Shown: piece by piece, positions 1-9,183 of the stretch | Numbering within the stretch: the first letter of the stretch is position 1 | Layout: every line of letters starts with the position of its first letter | Assembly: GCA_027459645.1 (NCBI GenBank) | Contig: DAIDHQ010000021.1 | Location: 14,151 to 78,150 of the forward strand | DNA from: Vulcanimicrobiota bacterium | GTDB lineage: Bacteria > Vulcanimicrobiota > Vulcanimicrobiia > Vulcanimicrobiales > Vulcanimicrobiaceae | Direction of reading: 5' to 3' | DNA length: 64,000 nt | The notes under the pieces: generated by a model | What the model saw: the letters and a program-made list of their open reading frames with translations, nothing else | Databases searched by the model: none | Told to the model about the DNA's origin: nothing | Translations under genes and position numbers: made by a program

Positions 1-2
1 CG

Positions 3-163
3 TTCGCGCTGCCACAGGAAGTTCCGCAAGGGCTTAAGAGTAAAGTAATTAGCTTCGTCGTTCAATATGTCATAGGCAAATCGATCGACTATGCATGGGA
101 CCATCGCAAACAAATTGAAGCTGCATGGAATAAATTGGCGGGCCCGTCTGTTCCAATACCTAA
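3..163 (+). pseudogene. 3' part of an ORF entering from the left edge, interrupted by the IS5-family insertion
   Basis: Frame 3 is open from nt 3 (FALPQEVPQGLKSKVISFVVQYVIGKSIDYAWDHRKQIEAAWNKLAGPSVPIPK). It runs into the IS left end and stops 8 codons inside it. Removing the IS plus one CTAA copy extends the frame 42 codons to TAG 1440-1442. No family recognised. Confidence 0.3.
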
Positions 164-180
164 GGCGACTCTGAAATTTG
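160..180. repeat. CTAA target-site duplication (160-163) plus left terminal inverted repeat (164-180)
   Basis: CTAA immediately abuts the IR. The same CTAA abuts the other end at 1309-1312. Confidence 0.8.
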
Positions 181-1308
181 AAGGTTAGCGCCGCGCGCCG
201 GAATGCTGATGGTGAAAGCTTCGAACAATGGCGCCCGATTCGAGCGTTCGCGCTCGATTGTCTCGCAAAAGTCGCGGCTTTTGGCGCGTTTGCCGCACCT
301 ATCCCGCCGCAAGACGCAATAGGCGCGTCTTTTGCGTGAACATGTTTGCCAGGGCGCATAATACGTTGAGGCGATTCGTGTTTTTCGCCAGTCCGCGATA
401 GCGCACTTTGTGAAATCCCCAAAGGCCCTTGATAATCCCGAACCGATGCTCAACGTGGGAACGCACGCTCGATTTACGCCGGTTTGTCTCTTTCTCGCTT
501 TCCGTCAATGGGCGGTTTCGATATGCACGCGTGTTGATGAATGCACGCGCCTTCGGCGCTTTCGCGCGAATCGCTTCGCGCTGACCAACGTAGGCCGAAT
601 CTCCCCAGACCCGTGTCTCTTTTCCATGCAAGAGTTCCGGCAAGACTTTGCTGTCGTGAACATTCGCGGCCGTCGTTACCAGCGTATGAATCAGCCGACT
701 GCGGCTGTCGACGCCGATGTGCGCCTTCATCCCGAAATGCCACTGGTTGCCCTTTTTCGTTTGATGCATTTCTGGATCGCGTGCCTTGGCCTTATTCTTC
801 GTAGAGCTGGGCGCACTGATGATGGTCGCGTCAACGATCGTGCCGCCAGCGACTTTTACTCCGTTCTCGCGGAGGTACTCGTTGACGGCTTCAAAGAGCT
901 TCTTGCCAAGATGATGCTTTTCCAAAAGGTGCCGAAACCGGCAAATCGTTGTTTCATCCGGCGCGGGCGCATTCCCGAGATCGACGCCTGCAAACGCTCG
1001 CATCGACACGCTCTCGTAAAGCGCTTCTTCCATGGCTGGGTCGCTCAGGTTAAACCACTGCTGCAAGAAATGAATCCGCAACATGCGCTCCAACTCGATC
1101 GGTCGCCGGCCGGATTCTCCCTTGGAATAGAACGGCGCGATTACGTCGCAAAGGTCTTGCCACGGCATAATGCGATCCATCTCATCAAGAAACTTCGCAC
1201 GTTTAGTTGTCTTCGTGAAACGCTCGAAGCCGTTCGGTGCGAATGAAATCTGATCGTTCAGCGCCATGCACTAATTATATCAGGTCGCGCGCATTTTGCA
1301 GAGTTGCC
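164..1308 (-). mobile_element. IS5-family insertion sequence (1145 bp), apparently intact
   Basis: Single DDE transposase ORF. It is flanked by imperfect terminal inverted repeats (GGCGACTCTGAAATTTG versus the reverse complement GGCAACTCTGCAAAATG, 13/17 identical) and by a 4-bp CTAA direct repeat on both sides. Confidence 0.9.
299..1267 (-). CDS. IS5-family DDE transposase (322 aa)
   Basis: The translation has the typical IS5/IS4-superfamily layout: N-terminal MPWQDL...RPIELERMLRIHFLQQWFNLSD, then VDATII.AP, GMKAHIGVD, WGDSAYVG and RVEHRFGIIK-type blocks. Confidence 0.93.
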   Translation of the reverse strand: MALNDQISFAPNGFERFTKTTKRAKFLDEMDRIMPWQDLCDVIAPFYSKGESGRRPIELERMLRIHFLQQWFNLSDPAMEEALYESVSMRAFAGVDLGNAPAPDETTICRFRHLLEKHHLGKKLFEAVNEYLRENGVKVAGGTIVDATIISAPSSTKNKAKARDPEMHQTKKGNQWHFGMKAHIGVDSRSRLIHTLVTTAANVHDSKVLPELLHGKETRVWGDSAYVGQREAIRAKAPKARAFINTRAYRNRPLTESEKETNRRKSSVRSHVEHRFGIIKGLWGFHKVRYRGLAKNTNRLNVLCALANMFTQKTRLLRLAAG

Positions 1309-1312
1309 CTAA
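1292..1312. repeat. Right terminal inverted repeat (1292-1308) plus CTAA target-site duplication (1309-1312)
   Basis: The reverse complement of 1292-1308 matches 164-180 at 13 of 17 positions and is followed by CTAA. Confidence 0.8.
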
Positions 1313-1453
1313 GGGCGGTGTCCCGGGCTTTGGCCCCCCGCCGCCGCCTTCTGATCCTTCCGCTCCGTGGGTACCGCCATCACCGGACCCGCAACCGGCT
1401 CCCTCGCCAGGATTACCGGTCATTCGCCGGCAGTCTCAATAGTGAACGCTAGT

Positions 1454-2110
1454 ATGGGTCGCGCTGCGCGCGGCCCTAGTTCATCGAATATGGAAGCCTG
1501 CTACCAAGAATTTATGCGGGTGGGCCGATTCTGGGCTGTCCTGATAATCGCAATTGTCGGTGCCTTTGCGGCGGAGCCGCTCGTGCGGCATTCTACCGGC
1601 CCAACCCTGATCGCGTATGCGATTGTCGCACTTGGCATCCTGCGTGCGGTCGTCATGCGGCCTCTTGCCGCGCGCACGATCTTCGTTGGTGATCTTGACC
1701 TGCGTAAACTGCTCATCTACAGCGTAATAGTCGGTATCGTGGCGCCTGTTTTCGGAATTCTGATTGAAATGGCATTGCCCCCAAATGCACGCGGATTTGA
1801 TCTGAGTCCCGGCTTCGACGGCCATTTTGCGTTGATTTCGGTCACGGCAATCGTCCTGGCACCGCTGGTGGAAACGCTCTTCTTTCAGGTTTGGCTGCAG
1901 AGTTCGCTTGCGCGCTGGCCGTGGTTATCTGTAGCCGTAGCGTCGATTGCGTTTATCGCGATTCATCTTCGCATCGACGCACCTCTGGTTGCTTCGGCAT
2001 TGGCGTTCACCGGTGTGCGCGCGTTCACTCGATCCAGCGGAGCGGCGGTCATCGGGCACACGCTGACCAATCTGTTAGCATTTAGTGCCTACCTGTTCGT
2101 AGGCAAGTAA
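1454..2110 (+). CDS. CPBP (CAAX/Abi) family intramembrane protease-like membrane protein
   Basis: Multi-pass hydrophobic protein with a degenerate Glu motif (LAPLVETLFFQVWL) and a His motif (IAFIAIHL). Start is uncertain: the ORF opens at GTG 1367, and ATG 1454, 1490 and 1514 are alternatives. Confidence 0.6.
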   Translation: MGRAARGPSSSNMEACYQEFMRVGRFWAVLIIAIVGAFAAEPLVRHSTGPTLIAYAIVALGILRAVVMRPLAARTIFVGDLDLRKLLIYSVIVGIVAPVFGILIEMALPPNARGFDLSPGFDGHFALISVTAIVLAPLVETLFFQVWLQSSLARWPWLSVAVASIAFIAIHLRIDAPLVASALAFTGVRAFTRSSGAAVIGHTLTNLLAFSAYLFVGK

Positions 2111-2136
2111 CCTCGAAGGCCGACATCAACGACAAC

Positions 2137-2160
2137 GCCGAGGCTCCGTAGAGCCTCGGC
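2137..2160. terminator. GC-rich hairpin between convergent genes (putative bidirectional terminator)
   Basis: GCCGAGGCTC-cgta-GAGCCTCGGC is a perfect 10-bp stem lying between the stop at 2110 (+) and the stop at 2196 (-). The T-tract is weak. Confidence 0.45.
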
Positions 2161-2195
2161 GGTCTTGCGCATCTGAACGACGGGGGCGGCTAGCC

Positions 2196-3095
2196 TTAGG
2201 TGCTGCGAATCTTCGAGAGTTGCACCGCGTGGGTGAAGCGCGCGATCTCTTCGCGCATATAGCCGTCGATCTCGAGGAAGGCGACGCCGTAGACTTCGCG
2301 ATCGCGCACGGGCTGGAAGCGCGTGACGACGCGGCCGCGGACGGACATCTCTTCGAAGGGACGACGCATGTCGGCGCGGCCGACGCGGCGGGCCGTGCCT
2401 TTTGTCACGTCGAGGGCGACGGTTTCTTCCGGATATACGTCGAGTACGCTCGAGGGCAGCGTCAGCCGCATATCGAGCATGGTGCCGATCGCGATCAGCT
2501 CGCCGCAGTTCATGCGGATACCGGTCGACGAAATGTCGCCCACGCGACCCTCGCCCCACTCTTCACCTTCACGGCGGAAGTGCACGGGAAACGCGGTGAG
2601 CGCGCGATAGCTGCCGCGGCGTTCGCGGTCCGTGGTCGGCATCGAGTCGAGCGCCTTTTGAATCGAGCGCGCGGCCGCGGCGCGAACTTCGAGTTCGCGG
2701 ACGTGGCGCGCCAGCATGTCGACCTGCGTTTCAGGCATGTTGCTAAAGACGAGATGGTATTCGAACCGGGCACCCGAGGGCGCGTTGCGGCGTGCTTCGA
2801 TGCGGCCGCCGATCGTCAGCGGCGTTCCGCTGCCGATGCCGAGGTCGAACTCGACTTCCGTCCCGCGCTCCATGAGCACGAGCGAGCGGATCTTTGCGCC
2901 GTGGGCGGTGATCTCCATGAGCGTTCCGTAGACCGGGGCCGGCAAGCGACGCACGCTCATCACGACGGGCATCTCGAGCGAGTGCGCGTGCGATTTGCGC
3001 GTGAACGGCGAGACCGACGATGCGGCCGGCACGGAAGGTGCGGCGGGCGTCGTCGTTGCGGTCGTCGTTGCGGTCTTCTTAGGAATCCAAGTCAT
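2196..3095 (-). CDS. Double PilZ-domain protein with a degenerate N-terminal domain (299 aa)
   Basis: The C-terminal PilZ has RRGSYR...DISSTG. The N-terminal domain aligns to the paralog but reads TRKSHAHS...EITAHG. The C-terminal tail is shared with 3113-3979. Confidence 0.75.
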   Translation of the reverse strand: MTWIPKKTATTTATTTPAAPSVPAASSVSPFTRKSHAHSLEMPVVMSVRRLPAPVYGTLMEITAHGAKIRSLVLMERGTEVEFDLGIGSGTPLTIGGRIEARRNAPSGARFEYHLVFSNMPETQVDMLARHVRELEVRAAAARSIQKALDSMPTTDRERRGSYRALTAFPVHFRREGEEWGEGRVGDISSTGIRMNCGELIAIGTMLDMRLTLPSSVLDVYPEETVALDVTKGTARRVGRADMRRPFEEMSVRGRVVTRFQPVRDREVYGVAFLEIDGYMREEIARFTHAVQLSKIRST

Positions 3096-3112
3096 GGTGT
3101 GTTAGCCTCCGG

Positions 3113-3979
3113 CTATTCCGTACGTAACTTTGCGAGTTGGACCGAGTGTGTGAAGCGAGCGATCTCTTCACGCTGGTAACCGTCGACGTCCGTGAACTGC
3201 ACACCATACACTTCACGTCCTTGCACCGGTTGAAAGCGCGAGACGATGCGGCCGTGCACCGTCATTTCTTCAAACGGCCGACGATTATCGGGAATGCGGA
3301 CCTTCCGAGGTCCGAAGGGACTGATCTCCACGCGCTCGCCCGCGGGAGGATAGATGTAGAGATAGTCACCCGGCAGGGTGAAGCGCACTTCGACGATCAT
3401 GCCCAGCACGAGCTTGTCGGGCGTGATCAGACGCAGGCCGCCCATCGAGACGTCGTTTGCAACCGCCGCCGCACTCGCTTTCCCTGGGAGGCGATAGCGG
3501 ACGGGAAACTCGACGAGGGTCCGGACGGCACTGCGACGCTGTTTGCCGGGCGTGCGCGGTGCCGGTTTGGGCGCCGCGGTCTGCCGCTGATCGGCACGGG
3601 CCGCCGCCTCGCGACGCTGCATTTCGTGGATCTCTTTGGCGAGCGCGATCCGCTCGTCGTTGGTCATCCGGGCGAAGCTGACCCCGTACTCGTAGCCGCC
3701 GCCCTTGTGAGGGGTGTCGCGCGTCACGATGCGGCCCTTAAGAAGAAAGGCGGGGTGGCTCGGGCGGCGCAGTTCGAAGGTGACGTCGCGTTCGCGGTCG
3801 ATGAGGATGAGCGAGCGGAGCCGGCAGCCCGTCTCCGAGATGTTCATGAGCGTGCCGTACACGGGGGCAGGAAGGCCAGCCACCTCGATCGCGATCGGGA
3901 GCTCTATCGACTGCCGGTAAAAACGCCGTTGATTGCTCCGTTCAATAGCTTGAACGGAACGGCGGCCAAGCCACAACAT
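3113..3979 (-). CDS. Double PilZ-domain c-di-GMP-binding protein (288 aa)
   Basis: Two canonical motif pairs: RRFYR...NISETG and RRSAVR...DVSMGG (RxxxR plus D/NxSxxG). Confidence 0.8.
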   Translation of the reverse strand: MLWLGRRSVQAIERSNQRRFYRQSIELPIAIEVAGLPAPVYGTLMNISETGCRLRSLILIDRERDVTFELRRPSHPAFLLKGRIVTRDTPHKGGGYEYGVSFARMTNDERIALAKEIHEMQRREAAARADQRQTAAPKPAPRTPGKQRRSAVRTLVEFPVRYRLPGKASAAAVANDVSMGGLRLITPDKLVLGMIVEVRFTLPGDYLYIYPPAGERVEISPFGPRKVRIPDNRRPFEEMTVHGRIVSRFQPVQGREVYGVQFTDVDGYQREEIARFTHSVQLAKLRTE

Positions 3980-4086
3980 CCTACTTTGGAGTTCGGCGCG
4001 CCGTCCGGTCGCCTTAACGCGAACCTGACCGAAGCTTGGGTCGATAGTCCCGGTTTTAAGGATTCTTTACAGAGTTCGCTCGCGCT

Positions 4087-5163
4087 TTAGAGCGACGACC
4101 AAACGTCCAGCTTACGGCGGACGCCGTCGATCACCGCATCGGTGAACTCGGTCGTCGTCGCGCTGCCCCCTAAATCGGCGGTGGCGATGCCGCTGTGAAC
4201 CGCCTCTAGCGACGATTCGTAGATCGCGCGCGATGCATTCGCCGCGCGTTTGTCGTCGACGTACGAAAGCACGGCGCCGGCTGCGAGAATCATCGCCAGC
4301 GGGTTAGCAACGTTCTTTCCGAACAGGCGTGGCGCGGTTCCATGCGGAGCTTCGGCCATAACGACGTTCGGCTGCAGGTTGTCGTCGAACGAAAGCAGCA
4401 CCGATTCTGCGCCGGCGATCGAACCGAAGAGCTGCATGACGAGATCCGAGAGACAGTCGCCGTCGCGGTTGAGCGACGGAATCACGAGCGGCGAATCGCC
4501 CGCATTCGAGAGCAGCAGCGCGTAGGTTGCATCGATCAACTGCGGATCGTAACGCACGTCGGGATGACGGGCGGCCGCCGCGTCCATCTCTTCCTTTAAC
4601 ATGCCTTCGTACACGGGGCTCACCGTATACTTGGGGCCGCCGAAGACGGTCGCGTTCATCTTTTGCGCGTGCACGAAGGCGTACTCGGCGACGAAGCGGC
4701 AGACGCCTCGTGAAATGGCCTCCGTGCGGTACGCCACTTCATTCACGCCTTCGCCTTCGCGCCATTCCTTCGCACCGTAAGCATCGCCGACGGCCATGCG
4801 CACGACGGAGATCGGAGCGTGAATACCTGCCACCGGCCGCACGCGAGGCAGCTTGCGCCCGGTGCGCACGATCACGCTTCCGCCGATCTCGCGCCGCAGA
4901 ATCGCGTTGGGAGATCCGACGTCGCCTTTTTGTTCGGGCGTGATCGTCGCGGCCTTTAAGCCGAGTTTGTGCGCAACCATTGCCGCGGCCGCTTCGTGCA
5001 CGACGGCGTTCTTCGTCGCACGGCGATTTTCGAGCGAGAGGTCGAAGTGTTCGAACTGCAGCGGGATGTCGATCACGGTTTGATCGAGTACGCGCAGCGA
5101 TTCGGCGAGTAACTCTTGACCGGTCTGGTCGCCGCCGAGGACGACGATGGTTGGCGTAGGCAA
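4087..5163 (-). CDS. Isocitrate/isopropylmalate dehydrogenase family protein (358 aa)
   Basis: PTPTIVVLGGDQTGQELL N-terminus, NRDGDCLSDLV and APHGTAP...NPLAMILA blocks. Start placed at TTG 5163, which has AGGAG 5 nt upstream. The longer ORF reaching 5730 overlaps ftsK and is Arg/Asp-rich junk. Confidence 0.8.
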   Translation of the reverse strand: MPTPTIVVLGGDQTGQELLAESLRVLDQTVIDIPLQFEHFDLSLENRRATKNAVVHEAAAAMVAHKLGLKAATITPEQKGDVGSPNAILRREIGGSVIVRTGRKLPRVRPVAGIHAPISVVRMAVGDAYGAKEWREGEGVNEVAYRTEAISRGVCRFVAEYAFVHAQKMNATVFGGPKYTVSPVYEGMLKEEMDAAAARHPDVRYDPQLIDATYALLLSNAGDSPLVIPSLNRDGDCLSDLVMQLFGSIAGAESVLLSFDDNLQPNVVMAEAPHGTAPRLFGKNVANPLAMILAAGAVLSYVDDKRAANASRAIYESSLEAVHSGIATADLGGSATTTEFTDAVIDGVRRKLDVWSSL

Positions 5164-5199
5164 ATGAACTCCTAATGTCGTGACGAAACGATAGTATCC

Positions 5200-7404
5200 A
5201 TGGCACGCGTACGCCGGAAGGCGAATGCACGGAAACTCAATCTCGAGATCGTCGGCATTGCCGCGATCGGAGTAGCGCTTCTCTTCGGGATCGCACTCGC
5301 GCTGCCGGAGCACAGCGGCAACGTCGGCCGCGCGACGGCGGGCGGGTTGCGCCATCTGTTTGGAGGCGCCGCACCGCTTTTCCCGGTGCTCGTCGCGCTT
5401 CTCGGCGGGATCGTCTTCCTCGAAATCAACGTGCCGCGCATGATCGCGGGCCTGGGAAGCGCCGCGCTCGCGTACTTCCTGATCGTCGATGCGGCCTTCG
5501 GCCCGCACGGCGGCATCGTGGGAGACGACATGTGGTGGATGCTGTCGTCGCTGATCGGCGGCATCGGTGCCTGGATCGTCCTGGTCGTGGCCGCCCTGTC
5601 GCTCACCCTCTACCTGACGCAGGTAAGTCTCAAGAAGCTCATCGGGCTCGCCATCGCCGGCGTCCAAAATATTCCGCGTCCGGAGATGCCCTCGCTCAAA
5701 CTCTCTCTTCCGAAGCTGCCCGAAGGCCACGGCTCGCTGCGCGAAGCCTTTGCGCTTCCGGAGCCCAAGCCCAAGCCGCCGAAACCGGAAAAGGTCCGTC
5801 CTGCGGTCTTTGACGTGGACGACGACGACGAGGCGGAAGACGACGCCATGCCGTCACCGGTAGCCGTGATCGCGGCGCCGCCGGCCGTCGCGGCCCGGGA
5901 CTTGGTTGTCGGGGACTATGAATCGGCAGACCTGGTGGCGGTGCGTGACGACGGCATGCTCGGGGGGCGCACCTACAGCTTGCCCGATCTCTTGCTCTTC
6001 GATCCACCGCAGGCGCAGGTCACGGACGACAGCAATCGGGCCCACGTCCTCGAGGACACGCTCGCGAGCTTCGGCGTCGGCGCGAAGGTGACGCACATCG
6101 AACGAGGGCCCTCGATCACGCGCTACGAGCTCAAGCCCGAGCGCGGCGTGAAGATCTCGAAGATCGCATCGCTGGCCGACGATCTCGCGCTCGCGCTCGC
6201 CGCAACGAGCGTCCGTATCGAAGCGCCGATTCCCGGCAAATCCGCCGTCGGCATCGAGGTTCCGAATTCGACCGTATCGGTCGTCGCGATTCGCGAGATC
6301 CTCGACGCGCTGCCGAACCGCGGAACGGTGCCGCCACTGTGGATGGCGCTCGGCAAAGACATCACGGGCCGTCCCGTCTTCGGCGACCTCGGGAAGATGC
6401 CGCATTTGCTCGTGGCGGGCGCGACGGGTTCGGGTAAATCCGTCTGCTTGAACACGATTATCGCGTCGCTGCTCGTTTCGGCGACACCCGATCAAGTGCA
6501 GATGCTGATGATCGATCCCAAGCGAGTCGAACTCACCGTCTATAACGGCATTCCGCATCTCATCAAAGAGGTCATCACCGATGCGCGCCTTGCCGCGGGC
6601 GCGCTCTTCGAGATGACCAAAGAGATGGACGCGCGCTACGAACGCTTTGCAAAAGCCGGCGTGCGCAAGATCGAAGAATATAATTCGAAGTTTCCCGACG
6701 AGAAGTTGCCCTACGTCGTCATCATCATCGACGAACTCGCCGATCTGATGCTGGTCGCACCGGCAAAGGTCGAAACGACGATCATGCGATTGGCGCAACT
6801 CGCACGCGCGACCGGCATTCATCTGATCGTCGCCACGCAACGCCCGTCGGTCGACGTCATCACGGGGTTGATCAAAGCCAATATCCCGTCGCGCATCGCG
6901 TTCGCGGTGAGCTCGCAAGTCGATTCCCGAACGATTCTGGACATGGCCGGCGCCGAACGCCTGTTGGGCCGCGGCGACATGTTGTATTTGCCGATCGACG
7001 CACCGAAACCGATTCGCGCGCAAGGTGCGCTCATCACGGGCGGCGAGGTCAACCGGCTCGTCGATTTCTGGGCAAAGCAAAGCCGTCCGGAGAATCTGCT
7101 CGACGTCGAGGTCGTACCCGTCTCCGACGACGACGGTAACGGTAAGAAGGAAGCCGACCCGCTCTGCTATGATGCGGCGAAATTCATCATCGAAACGAAT
7201 TACGCATCGACCGCGCAACTGCAGTCGCAATTTTCGATCGGTCATCCTCGCGCGGTTCGCTTGATGAAGCAACTCGAAGAGTTCAAAGTCGTCGGGCCGC
7301 ACGAGGGAACGAAGCCGCGCAAGATCTTGCTCGGATTGGCCGAACTCGAAGTTATCGCGCCGCGTCTGGGCAAGGGCGAGAACGGCCAGCAGGAGTTGTT
7401 TTGA
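5200..7404 (+). CDS. ftsK: DNA translocase FtsK/SpoIIIE
   Basis: N-terminal TM helices, Pro/acidic linker, motor domain with Walker A GATGSGKS, DELADLM, and a C-terminal gamma (winged-helix) domain. Confidence 0.95.
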   Translation: MARVRRKANARKLNLEIVGIAAIGVALLFGIALALPEHSGNVGRATAGGLRHLFGGAAPLFPVLVALLGGIVFLEINVPRMIAGLGSAALAYFLIVDAAFGPHGGIVGDDMWWMLSSLIGGIGAWIVLVVAALSLTLYLTQVSLKKLIGLAIAGVQNIPRPEMPSLKLSLPKLPEGHGSLREAFALPEPKPKPPKPEKVRPAVFDVDDDDEAEDDAMPSPVAVIAAPPAVAARDLVVGDYESADLVAVRDDGMLGGRTYSLPDLLLFDPPQAQVTDDSNRAHVLEDTLASFGVGAKVTHIERGPSITRYELKPERGVKISKIASLADDLALALAATSVRIEAPIPGKSAVGIEVPNSTVSVVAIREILDALPNRGTVPPLWMALGKDITGRPVFGDLGKMPHLLVAGATGSGKSVCLNTIIASLLVSATPDQVQMLMIDPKRVELTVYNGIPHLIKEVITDARLAAGALFEMTKEMDARYERFAKAGVRKIEEYNSKFPDEKLPYVVIIIDELADLMLVAPAKVETTIMRLAQLARATGIHLIVATQRPSVDVITGLIKANIPSRIAFAVSSQVDSRTILDMAGAERLLGRGDMLYLPIDAPKPIRAQGALITGGEVNRLVDFWAKQSRPENLLDVEVVPVSDDDGNGKKEADPLCYDAAKFIIETNYASTAQLQSQFSIGHPRAVRLMKQLEEFKVVGPHEGTKPRKILLGLAELEVIAPRLGKGENGQQELF

Positions 7405-8030
7405 TGCGGCGTCTGCTTGCGCTCGCATATGCGGCGCTCGCCTTTGCGCTGTTCTGGCAACTCGGCCATGCCGTCGGCCGTTCGCCCGATCCAAATCCGC
7501 TTATGACGTGGGAGGCGGCGCTCGTGAACCATTCCACGCTGATCGCCTGGTGGATTACCTGGTGCGGGTACGCCTACGTTTTGGTCCCGTGCGCGCTCGT
7601 GGTGCTGGCGCTCGCGTGGCGCTTTCCGTCGTGGCGATGGCGCGGCCCGTTCGCGATAGTCTCGCTGCTGCTCGCGTGGCGTGGCGCCGATTTCTTTCAG
7701 CGCGTTTTCGCGCGGCCTCGTCGCCTCGACTGGGTCGTCAAGCACGAGACCGCATTTTCGTTCCCGAGTTCGCACGCGGCAATCGCCGTCGGATTTTACG
7801 TGCTGCTCGCCATCTTCGCCTGGCAATCGGCGTGGCGCTACGGGCGCCTTGCCGGTTGCCTGCTAGGGGCGCTCGCGCTGGCCATTTGCTGGTCGCGGCT
7901 CGCGCTCGCGGCGCATTATGCCACCGACCTTCTCGGGGGAGCCCTGTGGGGGGTCGTGGTCGTGGGCGTGCTCGCCGCCGCGGCGCCGACCAACGTCTTC
8001 GAGGGGCGACGCACCGCTTCTTTAGAATAA
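7404..8030 (+). CDS. PAP2-family membrane phosphatase
   Basis: Motifs RPRR, PSSH and SRLALAAHYATD. The ATG overlaps the ftsK stop, with AGGAG 8 nt upstream. Confidence 0.8.
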   Translation: MRRLLALAYAALAFALFWQLGHAVGRSPDPNPLMTWEAALVNHSTLIAWWITWCGYAYVLVPCALVVLALAWRFPSWRWRGPFAIVSLLLAWRGADFFQRVFARPRRLDWVVKHETAFSFPSSHAAIAVGFYVLLAIFAWQSAWRYGRLAGCLLGALALAICWSRLALAAHYATDLLGGALWGVVVVGVLAAAAPTNVFEGRRTASLE

Positions 8031-8037
8031 GCCGGAA

Positions 8038-9183
8038 ATGGCATACGTAATGGATCCGGTGCTCGTCGAGATCGAGGCGAAGATCGACGCAGGCGTTCCG
8101 TTGTCGATGGACGACGGCTTGGCGCTCTATCGCACGCACGACATTCACAACCTGGGGCGCATTGCGCGCAAGCAAAAGGAACGCAAGAGCGGCAAGAAAG
8201 TCTTCTACGTTCTCAACCGCTATATCAACTCGACGAACGTCTGTTACGCAAATTGTAAGTTTTGCTCGTTCGCTGCGGATGAGTTCAAAGAGCCGGAGCG
8301 CGTCTTCCGCATGACGGCGGATCAGGTCTTTGCCAAGGCGATGGAGACCGGCAACAATTTCAATCAGATTCACATCGTGGGAGGCCACGATCCGCGCCAG
8401 CTCTCGCTGGACTACTGGTTGCCGTTGATGCGTCGCTTCAAGGAAGCGCTGCCGCACGTCCAGCTGTCGCTCTTTACGGCCGCCGAGATCGAATACATGG
8501 CGAAGCGCCATCGGATGAGCTTCCCCGAGATCGTGAGCAAGCTCAAGGAAGCCGGGCTCGACAACGTCAACGGCGGCGCCGCCGAGATCCTCGGCGAGCC
8601 GACGCGCTCGAAGATTTGCGCGAACAAAGTCTCGGGCGAGAACTGGCTCGTCATTCACGAAGAGCTGCACCGGCAAGGCGTCGCTTCAAACGCGACCATG
8701 CTCTACGGTCATGTCGAATCGCTCGAAGACCGCGTCGATCACTTGATCAAGCTGCGCGAATCCCAGGAACGCTCGCCGGGATTCAACGCGTTTATTCCGC
8801 TTGCATATCATCCGGACGGCAACGAACTTTCGTCGTGCGGATGGACGAGCGGTCTCGACGATCTCAAGACCTTTGCCGTCGCGCGCCTGATGTTGAACAA
8901 CTTCGATCACATCAAAGCCTACTGGATGATCCAAGGGCTGAAGATTTGCCAGGTCGCGCTGCAGTTCGGCGCCGACGACATGGACGGAACGCACGGCTCG
9001 ACCGACGAGGAGATGATCTATCATTCCGCCGGTACGCAATCGGGACAATACGTCGACGATCGCGAATTCCGCCGGCTGATCGAAGACGCGGGCTACGTTC
9101 CGGTGCGTCGTAACTCCACCTACGACGAGTTTGCCTACGATTGGGCGCCGAGCGCACCTGAAAAGGATCTGGTGACCGCCTAG
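8038..9183 (+). CDS. mqnE: Radical SAM enzyme of the futalosine pathway, probably aminofutalosine synthase
   Basis: CYANCKFCSFA CxxxCxxC cluster after a YVLNRYINSTNVC block, with a CofH/MqnC/MqnE-type C-terminus. The E versus C assignment is by N-terminal similarity only. Confidence 0.65.
   Translation: MAYVMDPVLVEIEAKIDAGVPLSMDDGLALYRTHDIHNLGRIARKQKERKSGKKVFYVLNRYINSTNVCYANCKFCSFAADEFKEPERVFRMTADQVFAKAMETGNNFNQIHIVGGHDPRQLSLDYWLPLMRRFKEALPHVQLSLFTAAEIEYMAKRHRMSFPEIVSKLKEAGLDNVNGGAAEILGEPTRSKICANKVSGENWLVIHEELHRQGVASNATMLYGHVESLEDRVDHLIKLRESQERSPGFNAFIPLAYHPDGNELSSCGWTSGLDDLKTFAVARLMLNNFDHIKAYWMIQGLKICQVALQFGADDMDGTHGSTDEEMIYHSAGTQSGQYVDDREFRRLIEDAGYVPVRRNSTYDEFAYDWAPSAPEKDLVTA

Noticed and set aside
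410-1246. 278-aa plus-strand ORF inside the IS element, and the 97-aa ORF 160-453
   Set aside because: Both lie antisense to or overlapping the IS5 transposase, which has the full family pattern. Neither shows motifs of its own.
5164-5730. N-terminal 189-codon extension of the isocitrate/isopropylmalate dehydrogenase-family ORF
   Set aside because: The extension is charged low-complexity sequence and overlaps the ftsK 5' region. An AGGAG-TTG start at 5163 gives a normal family N-terminus (PTPTIVVLGGD).
5854-7494. 546-aa minus-strand ORF antisense to ftsK, with similar antisense ORFs at 23158-24483 opposite secA and 49174-50280 opposite the GGDEF-EAL gene
   Set aside because: Same reasoning. 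These are shadow ORFs opposite genes with unambiguous family signatures, and I see no coding features of their own.
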